A DNA stretch of 64,000 nucleotides from Macrostomum hystrix (Eukaryota > Animalia > Platyhelminthes): positions 496,001-560,000 of the forward strand of contig CATNEN010000011.1 of NCBI GenBank assembly GCA_950097015.1, read 5' to 3'. The translations under genes were made by a program, and so were the position numbers. Under the pieces are notes generated by a model. That model was not told the DNA's origin. It ran no database searches and saw only the letters and a list, made by a program, of their open reading frames with translations. The stretch's first letter is position 1. Each line of letters opens with the position of its first letter. Shown here one piece after another: positions 37,763 to 52,000 of this stretch.

Positions 37763-40700
37763 ATGAGCAGTCTCGAATCATTTCCATGGCTTCTAACATT
37801 GAGACAAGCGGCTCCCTCAATTGGACAAAAATATTCTATATGCGACGATCGATTTTACCAGCAGCCATCGAAAATTTTAAATGTTACAACCCAAGAGATC
37901 CAAGATAGAGTGGCTTTGTACAGACAAAGGAGTACCGACTATCTAGAGGACATTATGGAGCCCTAGGCCTGACCAGTGCGCAAGCCATCACTATTATGTG
38001 CAGCCATTTTCCAAAGCATCATGCTGTGTCTGGCATTCTTCGACTCCTCTGGGAAAGGGGAGACTTTCCGAAGTACATTGTCATCTGTACTGTGAACATA
38101 AATGGGGCAGTTGTACGACTACAGGAGACGGGTCAGCACTCTTCTTTAACTGACTCTGCGACTGTTGTCAAGACTTCGCAGTGCCGCATTGTCTATGGCT
38201 TTACAGATGAAGGTCAGTTTACAAGTTACCTAATATTGCACTATCAAATGCACTAGAAGGCATGAACTGAATAGAATTAAGTAATAAATACTCGTAGTTA
38301 TAACATATTGCTCATCAACTCCATCCATTCACAGATATCGATCCAATGGATGAATCAAGGCAAGGAGCTGCCGGAATAACCACTTTCAATTCCAGCGGCT
38401 GCATAAAGACTAGCAACCTAGAAGAATTCAAGCGACTCGCTGAAACAGAGGCCAACAGCAGCGAAAAACCTGTGACAGTTCTGTTCCAGATGAGCGATAT
38501 AGCTGCCGAAAGAAAGAACGAGCAGAACCAGAAGATCTGTCGACTATTGACCGACTTATTACGACACGAGACGGTCTCTTCGACTTCTTGTGCCAGTCAT
38601 AGCAGACGAACTGCTCCAGGATGCAACATTTCTGCGAAGCACTTTACAAGTCGTGAAGCAAAACATTGAGAACAAGTACATAATTAACGACCAGCTATTG
38701 AAGTCCAGCTATGGCAATGGGAAAAGCCTCGCAAAGCTCATTCTCAGACAAACTGGCATCAGCTGGCTTCCTCAGCTCAAAGAATTCGTCTGCGCTCTGC
38801 GCAGCATCGATGCGTTCGCTCATTCCGCAGAGAACACTGAATACCTTCTGGAATGCGAAGTCACATTAGTGTTTCCCAGCCAGTCTCCGAAGGCTCTAGC
38901 TGTCGAGACCTTCTTAAAGCAGTTTGACATGCAACTCATGCTGCAAATGTTGGTTAGCAAGCTAACAATCTTGCACAAAGTTCTGCTGGCCAATGAGCAC
39001 AGAGATGACTTCAGATTCTCATGGCAAGTGGCCCATCTCGAGCTAGAGCACATCGACTACAAGTTTTGCTTGAAGAGGGACGGCAAGGCTGCTTTAAGTA
39101 GCATCGATACGTTTTTGACTCCCGCCATCGTGAAAGTCCAGGACGTGTCGGCAGACTGTGTCGAATTGGTCGCGCAGAGGCCAGCTGTTGAAAGCGCCGA
39201 GAATCCAGTGTTAGGAGTTCGAGTGACTTGGCGCAGCATCAATGAGATTGACTCTCGAGAACTTGAAAGCCTGTTCGGTGATGAGGAAATGACTGTGCTC
39301 AAGTTGAAGCAACTGACCGCCACTACAAAGTACATGATCAGCTTTTCCACGATTCGGGAGCTCGGAAATGGTGAAGTTGTTAATTTGGAGCCAGTTGAGA
39401 CGACTGAGAGCGATGCACCTATTATCACAGCTGCAATTGCAATTTCACCTTTCGCAATTATGGTCGAGATTCAGGAAGGCAAATACAGTTGTGGCTCAAA
39501 TCATACTGGTTACCAGGTCACCGTGACTGATGTCGAGTCGGGTGCGTTTGTCCGAAGCAGGTTCTGCAACCTGAACGAAGCAGCGGCCATTTCCATTGAT
39601 GGAAATGGTCGATACATTGTGAGAGCATCTGCAGTTTACTCTGACAATACAGCTGGCGAGCCCAGTGATGCTAAAAGCGTCAACGTTGAATACTCCGCAG
39701 TCGACGTGGCAAAGTACACTGCACTTCAATTTTCTGAAGCAGTCGACCCTCAAAGCATGCCCGCCGTGTATGAACTGCAAATGGAGCCCGCGATGATTGA
39801 TGCGCAGAACCAGGTGCGCAGAATGGAGTACAAAGGCTGCTCGGATTTACAAAGAGGTCCACAGTCTGAGGAAAAGGTGATCATGATCGTTGGCGAGACA
39901 GGTTCAGGAAAGACGACTCTCATCAACTCGATGGTAAACTACTTGTTCAGCGTTGCCTATGAAGACAACTTTAGGTTCCGTATTGTCGCTGACCCGAACG
40001 AGAAGGAGCTCAGCAGTCAGTGTCAGTCTGCCAGCCAGACCCAATGGGTCACGTCGTACACGTTCCACCGTCACGAAGGGTCGCGTCATCCGTTCACCTT
40101 CACACTGGTGGACACGCCCGGCTTTGGCGACACTGGCGGCATTGTCAACGATCAGAAGATTGTGGACAGGATCCGAGCGTTCTTCTCGTCCGCCAATGGT
40201 GTAGATCACCTGGACGCCGTTGGGTTTGTCGTGCCAGCCAGTGTCTCTCGCTTGACCCCGACACAGCGGTACGTGTTTGACTCCATCTTGTCGTTGTTTG
40301 GCCGTGACATTGGTGGAAACATCTACGTTCTCGTGACCTTTTCCGACGCTAACGAGCCGCCAGTTTTGGAGTCACTGAAGGAAGCGCAAATTCCCTACAA
40401 CCTGCACATTAAGTTCAACAATTCAGCTGTGTTCGCCAAGAAGTCTGATGGTAGCGGCGTAATTGGAAGTTTCAACAAGCTGTTCTGGGACATGGGCATG
40501 GACAGCTTCGCTGAGTTTTTCCGACACCTTCAGGGCATGGAATCCAAAAGCTTGACTCTGACTAAGGATGTCCTGCAGGAGCGCCAGCGCTTGCAGATAA
40601 AGCTTGTGGCAATAAAAAAAGACATCGATTTGAGTTTGGGAGTTCTCAACAGACTCGAAGAAGAGATCGAAGTTATCAAGAAGCACTCAGCAGACCTGAA

Positions 40701-41412
40701 GCGAAGTAAGGACTTTACCTACTGCGTGACGGAAGAGAAAGCTGTTCACGTGGAAATCCCTACAGGAACCTACATAACAAACTGTCTGAGTTGCAATAGG
40801 ACCTGCCACTACCCATGCAAGATTCCAGACGACAAAGATAAGGCCAGTTGTGCCGCCATGACCAATGGGAAATGCCATGTCTGTTCAGACGAATGCGACT
40901 GGTCTTTGCACCGCAACATGTCCTATAGAATTGAGATCCAAAGCGAGCGGGTGACAAAAACCTCACATGAGTTAAAAGCACGCTATAAAGACGCTCATGG
41001 TAAGATGTTGACAGCCAATGGTTTAGCTCAGCAGGTGTACAACGAATACCTTGCCAAAAAGTCTGGACTTGTTCAGCTAATTATAGATAGCAAAAAGTGC
41101 ATTGAAAGACTCAAAGAGATCGCTTTGAAGCCGGACCCGCTGAGCGAGGTGGACTACATTGACAAGCTGATTGAGTCGGAGCGAATGAACCGACGTCCCG
41201 GTTTTAACGATAGAATGCGACAGCTGCATGACATCAGAGAGCTAGCTGTTTGCACCGGCAATCTGCGAGACGACATCATTCTGAACAGCATAGTTGAGAA
41301 TGAGAAACGGGTGTACGACCGCTACCGAAAGTACCTGAAGAAGCCAATTGTTCAGCAGCTGGGAAATCAGTTCAGGCAAGCATATAATTGGGTTGCTCAG
41401 AAATTTCGCTGA
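37763..41412 (+). CDS. Large FN3 + septin/AIG1-like (TRAFAC) GTPase with Cys-rich motif and coiled coil. Exons 37763-38212 and 38335-41412; frameshifts near 37960 and 38580; intact 940-codon frame 38590-41412
   Basis: G1 GETGSGKTT, G3 DTPG, G4-like TFSD; two FN3-like segments; Cys-rich NCLSCNRTCHYPC...CHVC..ECDW. The intron 38213-38334 is GT-AG and phase-consistent. Confidence 0.8.
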
Positions 41413-42948
41413 AATTTATTTTATGGTTTAGTGACGATTATTCGCGTTGTGACAAAATGTGCTTGGTTGCGTGTGACTTTTTTTCGTATATTTTAATTGA
41501 TAGCTGAAGTCTACTACTGAAGATGCCTCGATAGTAGTCACCAGGGCGAATGTTAAGTTCATTATTATTATTAACGCGCTGAAACAATCATGGTGCCATT
41601 TCGAAGCCTCTCAAACCGCTGGCAAACTTTTAAGTAAACATAAGATATAACGTTGATAGGATAATTGCGCAATGAGCATACATTTATTCTTAATCACATA
41701 ATTTTAAGTGGGACTTTTGGAAAACAAAATCTTATGCCCATATTAAATAATAGATTATTCGGATTTATAAACGTGGGTGAACGGAATAATGGAAGAATGT
41801 TTTTTACACAAACTGTTCCCCCGAGGTCCGGATATCCAAAACTTAAAGCTTAATAACTGGATTAGATGCTATATAATAAGTTTGTTTAATTACGGGCCCA
41901 GAATCAAATGATTAATTACAAACAAATTAGCTTCAATGACTATTAAAATAACGTATATACTTATAACGTTATAACACACCACGTTCTGCTTCGCTCGTTG
42001 GCTGCTACGAGTAAAATTTCTACCATAGTTCAACAATTTATATTCAGTAACGTGCTATATGGCACTAGCACTTTGAGCTAGCTTTTTGTGCTCAGAATAA
42101 TTGCTTACTACCTGCTACTCGCATGAACAGTAGAAAGAGCACGGGGTATTTCAAATGCCCAGTTTTTTTCTGTATCTCCCAAAAATATTCAGCCAAGCTA
42201 AGTTCAAATTTTCTACTCTATGCGATAAAAAACTTCCAGAATAAGAACTCATCATCATCGCTTACATTTAGCTTTCTTCAATATTTTCTTCTGTGCACTC
42301 TAAAATTAAAAAACAATGAATTATTTACTAAAATATCTCATTACTAAATCTCATTTACTAAATTACTCATTAAGTTTTACGTTTCAGTAAACACATGGAC
42401 AGTGTTGATTAAATGTGTTATTTATTTATTAGATGATGATTAAAATCATCACTTTAAAGCTTCATTGTTTTTAATGAAACTCAAAGGGAGAAAAATCAAT
42501 TGGATAACGCACCAGATAAAGAAATGATGTAAGCTCAGTAACTGGATATCCAAGGCGAGAAACAATGCCTCTCGTTGCGGCTACGTCAAAAGATAGTGTG
42601 TATTTATTTGTATTTTTGAAAAGCTTTTTTGAACTGCCAAAAATTAAGTTCAGTTGCATGATGACGCTTAGGTAAGCTATAATAGTTCAAGTTATAAAAA
42701 GAATTACATCAACCTTCTAAAGTCAACTAAATTTCACTTCATTTTGGAAGTCTCGTTTACCGGATAAAAAACTGCCGTCAAAGGGATGTTGCAGTACATA
42801 CTACTCAAATATATGAGTAGCATAAATTATAATAAATATCAATTGTTAAAAAAGAGCTATTAGATGCGGAGAATTTTGGACTCGGCAGTATCAAATGTTC
42901 TGATTAAGCGAAAACTAATCGGGTGCCGTCATCAGTGACACTGGATGC

Positions 42949-43918
42949 TCACTTGCAGCCGGCCCGGATCATGCGGCCGCCCAGCAGCAGGGTGTTGATG
43001 AGCAGGCCCAGTAGGCCGATATAACCGAAGGCGCCTCGCATGCGCTTCTTCGGATCGCCAGTTGAATAGCCGCGCGCGTAGGCGATGCGGCCCAGCAGGT
43101 AGAGAGCGCCGCAAGCGGCCGAGCAGCGGGGCGCCTTTAGCGAACGGGATTGAAGGGGGCAGAATAATCTAGTCTACACTAAGCACTTTTGAGTCCTTCG
43201 AACACTTTTGAGTCCTTCGAACACTTTTGAGTCCTTCGAACACTTTTGAGTCCTTCGGTCACTTTTGAGTTCTTTGGACAATATTGAGTCCTTCGAAGAC
43301 TTTTGAGTCCTTCGGACACTTTTGAGTCCTATGGATACTTTTGGGCCTTTTAAACACTTTTGAGTCCTTCGGACACTATTGAGTCATTCGAAGACTTTTG
43401 AGTCTCTCCAAGACTTTTGAGTGCTTCGGAAACTTTTGAGTCCTTCGAACACTTGAATCCTTAGGAAACTTGAGTCTTTCGAACACCTTTAAGGCCTTCG
43501 GAGACTTTTGAGTCTTTCGGAAACTTTTGAGTCCTTTGGACACTTTTGAGTATTTCGGATACTAAAGTTTTTCGGACCCCTTTGAATTTTTCGGACACTT
43601 GAGTCTTTCGGACACTTTTCAATCCTTGGAACTTAGCCTCACCTGAAGACCACCAAAGGCTAGCAGGAAGTAAAAGAACGGTGCATTCTCCAGATAGTTC
43701 TGATGCGATCTTTGCACACAGTTGAACTCCTTGGAGGAATCGCTGTACATTGTCGGATAATCAACGCCGAACTTCTTTCTGGCTATGCCGACCTGCCTGG
43801 CCAGATGCATGTTGACGAAGAAGCCGCCAGTGCCTGCTAGGACTACCCAGCCATAGTCCTTGGGTAGGCCGCCCTGCAGGTGCGGATTCACCGCATTGAT
43901 GGCGTCCAAGAAGCGCAT
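42949..43918 (-). CDS. MGST3: Microsomal glutathione S-transferase 3 (MAPEG family). Exons 43918-43643, 43134-42949
   Basis: Motifs [48 protein letters not shown]; phase-0 GT-AG intron. Confidence 0.95.
43184..43620. repeat. Degenerate minisatellite, about 19-bp unit (CACTTTTGAGTCCTTCGAA), MGST3 intron
   Basis: Direct inspection. Confidence 0.9.
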
Positions 43919-46073
43919 GGTTTGATTTTATCGATGGATCGATTGATTGCTTGCACGTTTAAAAATTAGATTGTGGTATAACGATAGAGCTGAAAATAAG
44001 TGGTTTATTACATTAACTTTTGTTAGGAAATACGAGCATATCACAGAATTATGTATGTGCAATCATCTATTTTGAATGAACTTTTAGGCTATACTCACAA
44101 GTAGTGTTCTGATTATTTATTAAGAGAAAATGTACACAACAATAGCTTGGACTGTCACTGGCAGTATATATTACATAATAAATAGCTTAAGGAATATAAA
44201 AGCCTCAAACAATGTACAAATCTATCTGCTTCGATAGAGTGATACTGCCACAGCCAATACCTAAACTAATACCGTAATGCTTTGGCAGGCCGGACATTGT
44301 GTCAGTCAAGCCAGCACAATTGAAGTTTTATACACCAAGTTGGCAATAGTTGGCTATGTATGGCTCACAAATAAAAGGGAAAAAAGAAATTATGATTTAT
44401 GAATTTAAAATTGGAAAATATTTCACTCAATAGTCCAGATAGTTGTTTTTTTCAAGAACGCGCAAAAAAGCTTTAAAAGCTTTAATGGCCGTAATCCAGT
44501 TTAGTTATAGGTTCTTCTCGTTATTCTCTCGGAGCTGAAGAGATAAAATAATTTAACAGAGCAGAGAGAAGAATTACACTGCTCAGCGCACGAGCAAGCA
44601 AGATAGAAGGGCCGCACACACCGATTTTGTACTCCAGACTGGCAAATTGAAAAGAAGAGAAGAAGTGAATGAGCTCGGAAGGAAAGACACGTTTGCTTTA
44701 GGAGGCCAAGTAGGAGAGAATAAGCTTTGCTTGTTCAATGTTTAGCCACGAAAACGAACTGGCAGAATATTTGAGAAGTGAGGCCCATACATATATTTCT
44801 AGCACGCCTTGCGTATTGCTATTTTATAAAAGAAAAATTCAAAAGGATTTGAGATAAAACAATCTAACAAACGGACGCCCTTCCATGTTATTAAATGATG
44901 GGCATCTTGGGAGATACCAAGCATCAGTTTATTTATTTCATACGATTAGAATTCAAAAGCGGCTTCACATTAGTGCAGAACTGCGGCGAGAAATTAGACA
45001 ACAAAAACTGATGGACTACGACTACAGAAGTGTGATGACGTTAATAAGATCGAAAATTTCAAAACAACAGGATAATTTTAGGTAAATATTTTTGTCAGGG
45101 CAGGATATTTCATTCAATAAAGAAAGAAGGCGACAAGCTTTAGACCAGAAAGCCAAACGCTAAAGCATGGCTTCAACCTGTACCTACTCCGGCCCTCCAG
45201 TCCTATATGTCTCCTATTGGTATGATAGACAGTGACTTTTAAACTTGCTTCAAAGAAGAAAAAGCTACATACAAACTTAGATAAAAACAAGCACAATAAA
45301 ATAATCAAATATAAGCTGCAAGAAGTTACTTAGTAGGGGGACAAAGTAAATATGGTCGATTGTTAGCTGGAAATATGCAAATTCAGAATTTTACTGTTTC
45401 GATTTAAATTAACCATGTAGTAAATAACTAATTTGATTATGATTTTGCTATTTTTTGTCTACTGACGAAAGTCGCATGCTGTCAGAACATAGAATATAGA
45501 AAAGTCGTGCTAATGAACTATGACTCTGCCAGAGGACATTGTGCGTTGCGAGTTTACGTTGGCGAGCATGAGACAGTGGAGCTGTAATCAATTACTGGGT
45601 GCAGAGTATGTAGTAGTGTATACTGTTGTATGTACACTGTTTGCTTAGTGCAATGCAAATATTCCGTGTCGTTTGCTGAGAAGCTATGCCTACTAACTTT
45701 TTGTACAATTAAAAAAGATATGTTTTAAAAAAGTATTTAATCTTCACTATTATGATATTATCAGACAAGTCATGTACATAACACGATTCCGCAAAAAACT
45801 TTACACACTAGGGAGCATATACAGTTAGCTTTACAGAGACCATGAAACAAAAAAGTTTGTTGCAAATAGCGATTCGCAACTAGGAGAGGACAAAGAAGCA
45901 ACGATGAAAAAAATTAAAGATGACTCCACTTGTGTTTTTAAACAGAAAAAAGACTCCGAATCTTGGTAGCCGGAATTAACTAGATATTAATTAACCAGAA
46001 AAACAATGTGCATAGCGCAAGTAAAAACATGGGCCATAGACAAATTGACCCGTGTAAGCCAGTTTTCAATAGG

Positions 46074-49000
46074 TTAGATCGGTGGCAGGGGTGGTCGCTT
46101 GTTGCTAGCGCCTCCGTCCAAACCGTAGCCTCTGACGGCGATTTTCTTGCTGGACTGCTGCTGCTGCTGTTGCTGACTGCTGTTTGACTGCGCGGGTTGA
46201 CCCATCGAACCTATAACAGTAAAAGGGTGAGTGGCAGAGCGGTTAACGCGTCAACCAGGCAATCTATGCCTTTAAGGGCCGACCTCCAAGGCACAGTGAG
46301 AGTGTACACTGCCTGACGATGAGAAAGTCAGGGCAGATGTACACACCAGTGTAAGCGTGTGCCAGCGTACGGTATCGGTGTGCATGTGTACCCAGGAATC
46401 AGCGAAGTAAGCAGAATTGCTAACTCGCAGGGTGCGTGTCTAGTGTCACCAAATGATGTACAATTGCCTCCAGATCACCAGATAATATTAATCTTATTAA
46501 CCAATAACAGTAGAAACTAAAACATTAACTTACTTTCTATTCGTAAATGGCTTGACTAAAATCAAAGAAATGATTTCAATAGCAACAACTCACCAGTGGG
46601 CTTCTGACCGCCACTAACTGTGGGCTTTTCATCAAAGCTAGTGGATGCTGAGCTGATAGCAGCGGCGCCAGAAGCTGCGGATCCAGACGGAGCAACAGAT
46701 CGACTGACTCCAGGACCGCTAGCTGTATTTGTCCCACTGCCACTAGCTACAACAGCGTGCAATTGTTCATTTAGCTTGTTGATGGTGTTCATTAGCATCT
46801 GCTGAAGATCACTCAGATTCGGTGGTGGCTGCTGCGGGTTGCGAGCTGTTGAACCTGATGATGAAGGCAGCTGTTGCTTGTGCTTAACTGTCTGCTGCTG
46901 CTGCTGCACCAGCGGTTGCACAACTTGCACCCGCCGACTCGTAGCCGCTGAACTCGAGGCCTCGCCGCCGTTGCTGCCGCCGCTGCCAGAATGCTGATGG
47001 TGGTGGTGGTGCTGCTGCTGATGGTGGTGCTTTTTCTGCTTCTGTTCCACATAGCGAAGCTGATACATCAGCTTGGTCTTCCTGCGCTCCAGTGCGGCCA
47101 ATTCCTGCATGTCGCGAATCTCCTGGTCCCTTTTGATAATCTCACGCAGGGTCTCCTGTGCGTCCGCCGACGCAACCGAAGCTGCCGCGGCAACTGCCGC
47201 AGACAAATCGTCATCATCTGGCGGCTCAGTGTCCGGCGTCTTTGGCCGATTCGCCGACCAAGAGGCTTCGCCTTCGTCCTCGTCAACACGTTCTATTTGA
47301 TCAATAAATTCTTCGTTAGATAGATTTTGATCGCCCTGATTCGCAGCTTCGACAGCGTCATCGTCATCGTAGGGCGGCGAACTGCAAGGGGTTCTGGGTC
47401 GACCTACACTGTTAACATCGTCTTCGTCGACATCTTCGCCAACGCCTGTCTCGCTAGTTGGTTTCTGTTGAAGCAGTGAAGTTGGCGGTGGCAGTACAGG
47501 AGATAGCACCTGTTGCAGAGGCTGCTCTTGCTGGAGCAAAGTCGGTGACTGGAGCGAGGACGGCGGAGGCAGAGCTGTCAACGCTGCTGTAGACAAAGGC
47601 GGCAGCGGTGGCGGCAGCGAAGGCAAAGGCGGCGGAGGCGGAAGCGTCTTCTGTGTACTGGTTGGCAAGTCTGTCAGAGGTTCAGTCCGATTTGTTAGCT
47701 CCAGTTCGTCTGGCGTCCGTACAGTGCGGACTTCGCTGGATTCGATGGCCGCCAAAGCGGTTTCATCAAGATCGGCATTGGATTCCTTTGCTGACACAGG
47801 CGCAGCTTCCGAAGTCTGTTGCGACTCAGTGGGCGGTGAGACTGCAGACAAAGAGGTGTTTACTATCGCAGCAGCGGAGGTCTCCTCACAGGAATGCACC
47901 GCTCGCAGACGCTTCTTCAAAGGCATCTCGTCCGGCGAGGCTAGCAGAGAAATTGCGGAAGGCGGCGGTGGCGGCGGCGGGGGCATTGGCGGAGGAGACG
48001 AGATCTGCTGCTGCAAGCCAGCGCTACTACTAATATCAGTAGTAGACGCTGACTCTTCGTAGTCTCGAATCGCTTTAGAGAGCCAACGCTTTTTAGCAGA
48101 GGCCGACGCAGCAACAGAAGCAGTCGGCTGCTGCTGCTGCTGTTGCTGCCGCTCACCATCGCCGCCTGATGAGCCGCCAGCGGCAGGCTCAGATACCTGG
48201 CGCCGCATGTGCTTAGCAAACGGATCAACACAATCTTCTGTGTAGATAATGCGATCGCACTGCGGCTCCAGCGGGGTGTCAGATGGTTTTATCGGACTGG
48301 CGAATGCCTGCAATATTATAACGCAGAACTTAATCAAATAATTCTATTTCTATTTCTAATTCTATTCTATTTCCAATAAAATATTAATCACAGGCAAATA
48401 GACTCACCACAGCCAAAGCCTCTTCAGCTAATCGAGCTGATGATGTTTTCATTGGCGATCGGCTGCTAGCAGTCATTGAAGAGGACAAATTAGACAACAG
48501 AGGTGAAGCCAGGATCTGGGGAGGAGGGGGCGGCGGCGGAGGCGGCGGCGGCTGGTGATGCGGTGGCGGCGAATGAAACAGGCGATGCCTCGGCGATTTC
48601 TTAGCTTCGCGACGCTCGCGTCTCTCCCTGGCAATCAGATCGTCATCCAGACAGTTTGTCGAATCGTCATCCGAACTCAACGAGGAGAGATCATCGACAT
48701 CCTTGTTCTTTGATCGCTGCTCGGAACCATCAACGCCGGGTAGATGAGAACTATCGGCGGAGCTGTTTATCAGAGGGCGCGGCTTCTTAGGCGAAGGCGA
48801 GGTCGGACCTGCGGCCGCTTCGCCACTTGTTCCGGCAGCGGAGGTCGACGATTTCTGTCGCTTCCTGGACGTTTTGGCTATCTCCATCTTTTCAATGCGT
48901 TTAATGTACATCTGAAGGATTCGATCTTCGCGCGACTCGCTAGCTGTGGGGCCAGTTATTGCCGAAGACGATGCCGATTCTAACGAATTCGATGGCGTAG

Positions 49001-52000
49001 CCTGGTGCGGCTGATTTGTCGGCGACTTTATTGGCGACGAGGAGGCGATGCTACTTTTTGAACGCTTTGATGGGGTCTGATGTGTGGCGGAATTTTCGAC
49101 ATTTTCAACAGAATGATCAAGCTCTGAAGACGATTCGGCAGCATCTTTGACGATTTTCGACGGCGACGCCGATGAGTGGTCGTCGATGAACTCGTCGAAG
49201 CTGATTTCTTCGATCTTCTGCGCTGCTTGTTTTGCCTTACGGCCCGGGCCGGGCTTTGCGGTCGTTGTCGGCGACTTCAAAGGCGACCTTTTTGGCACAA
49301 CAGCCATGCCATCATCGACATCGTCAGGCTCCTTCGAGTCTGTTTTCTTTACATCAATCTCCGGGCAACTGTCGTCGCCTGGCAACGTCAAAGGTTCGCG
49401 TTGCTCCTCGGTGTCGCCAGATGGAGTCGGCGATGATACTGCTGAAGATTTTGCTCGCTCATCGCTGACACTGCGCTGACGTTGGCGCTTGGCTGCTCGC
49501 TGACGCTTCTCCATGGTTTCGATGCGTTTTAGCATGGCCTGCATCCAACGCTCCTCGCGGTCCTAGTGTATGCGAGTAAACGGGTTAAATATACTCATCA
49601 AATTGTTAATCATAATTAGTATTATTACTACTATAAGTAGTAATGCCATTGTGCGAGTCTGTCATTCGCTTGTTGCGTTAAAAAAAAAAGCAACACCGAT
49701 TGGTAAAGACTCCCTGTCAATTTACTGTCGCTTTTGGTAAGAGCAAGAAAGACGACTGTAGATAGAAAACTTTCTTTGCTGTCTCTCTTGTAGTTTATAA
49801 CCATAAGCTAGTGTTCTACCGGCACCTCACTTGAGTTAAGTAAAATAATATTTTGTAAAAGTCTGTCATTCGCTTGTCGCCACAAAATATTCAAACAACA
49901 ACGATTGGTAGAGACTTTCTTAATCTAGCTTTGAATTAAAAAAGCCAGATGGAAAACAAACATTTTTAGAGTTTATTCTCCAAACTAATTAGGGCTTCTT
50001 CAAAGCATATAACTGTGTTTTTGCAATGAGCTTCGCAAAGCATATGTATCAATACATATCTTACCATATTGGAGACTCCTTGCTGCTGCTGTTGCTGATT
50101 ATTTGATGTCGAAGCAGCGTCAATAGTAGTGGCCTGATCCACTGATATGCTGCGAATATTGGCTGCCATCTGTGGGGATATTGCGATTAGATAGGTGATC
50201 AATAATCATAGCGCAATTATAGAAAAAGGCAATCAACCAGTCCGCACAAAATTATAAAAAAAACATTACTTACAGAAGCTTTCTTTCCACTCTTTTTAAC
50301 CTCCGGCTGAGAAATTTGTCTAGAATGCGTCTTGGTTGAAGCTGGCGAGTCGAATGAGATGCTGCGATTGGCCTTCTAATGAAAGACGAAAGGGAGTGTG
50401 TTCAGAGTAAAGTACATATAAGTACCAACAATTACCCGCCTATACTGGTACTAGATAATTTGTGGATAGCTACCTTCTGACAAACTGGTAGATTGCTACC
50501 CACTACTAACTGACCAACTGGTAGATAGCCACCTACTGAATAACTGGTAGATAGCCACCTACTGAATAACTGGTAGATAGCCACCTACTGAATAACTGGT
50601 AGATAGCCACCCACTGAATAACTGGTAGATAGCCACCTACTGAATAACTGGTAGATAGCCACCTACTGAATAACTGGTAGATAGCCACCTACTGAATAAC
50701 TGGTAGATAGCCACCTACTGAATAACTGGTAGATAGCCACCTACTGAATAACTGGTAGATAGCCACCTACTGAATAACTGGTAGATAGCCACCTACTGAA
50801 TAACTGGTAGATAGCCACCTACTGAATAACTGGTAGATAGCCACCTACTGAATAACTGGTAGATAGCCACCTACTGAATAACTGGTAGATAGCCACCTAC
50901 TGAATAACTGGTAGATAGCCACCTACTGAATAACTGGTAGATAGCCACCTACTGAATAACTGGTAGATAGCCACCTACTGAATAACTGGTAGATAGCCAC
51001 CTACTGAATAACTGGTAGATAGCCACCTACTGACCAACTGGTAGATAGCTACCCACTACTAACTGACCAACTGGTAGATAGCTACCCACTACTAACTGAC
51101 CAACTGGTAGATAGCTACCCACTACTAACTGACCAACTGGTAGATAGCTACCCACTACTAACTGACCAACTGGTAGATAGCTACCCACTACTAACTGACC
51201 AACTGGTAGATAGCTACCCACTACTAACTGACCAACTGGTAGATAGCTACCCATTGACCAAATGCAGAAGCAGATCCCAAAATAATGCAAAGTACCTGAC
51301 TCTTGCCAGTAGAAGCAGAAGCCGATCCGCCCGGCTTCTTAAAGCCAGAGGAGACAGTCGCATCGGATCGCTTTTTAATGGCTGATGCGTGAATGTCGCA
51401 GATCAGATCGTCAAACGCACCGCCAGTAGATGACGTAGCAGATGAAGACGACTGCCGTCTGCGCTGCTGCTTCAGCTCCTGCCGATGATGCTGAAGCGAC
51501 TGTTGCTGCTGCAACTCGTTGTCATTATCATCGCCACTGTCGACGCCGTCATTGATAGCGTCAGTGAATTCTGGCGCATTTTGTTGCAAGCGTTGAAAAA
51601 ACAGCCTAACTGGACAGCCGTGGGGAAGAGAACAGGCGCAGAGCACTGCAGTCTTGCGCAACTGATAGTCGAAATCGAACGGCAGAGTGATCTCAGCGCC
51701 TGGTCGCAGTCGTTCTGTGGCCACAAGAACCAAGTGCGGCCGGCCAGCTAGAACCATGTGCCTCACTGAACAATTCGGCCTACAGGATCGCCTGGCATAG
51801 CGCGCATCGTTGCCAAGGTTACTAGCGTCTATAGCAACCAGCGGCAGGCTGCCAATTTGAGCAATGCCGTCAGCTGACCAGCCCTCATCGAAGCCGTCAT
51901 AGTAAAGTACAAATCGGCTAGCAACAGAGCCCGGCGGCAACTCGTCCGGTAGGCAGACTCGGCCGCGGTATTCAATGATAGGCTCCCCAGGAGCCACACT

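Noticed and set aside
37932-37966. 35-bp GT-AG intron that would repair the first GTPase frameshift
   Set aside because: Weak donor (GTACCG), no pyrimidine tract, and the sequence reads as continuous coding; a 1-nt deletion is simpler.
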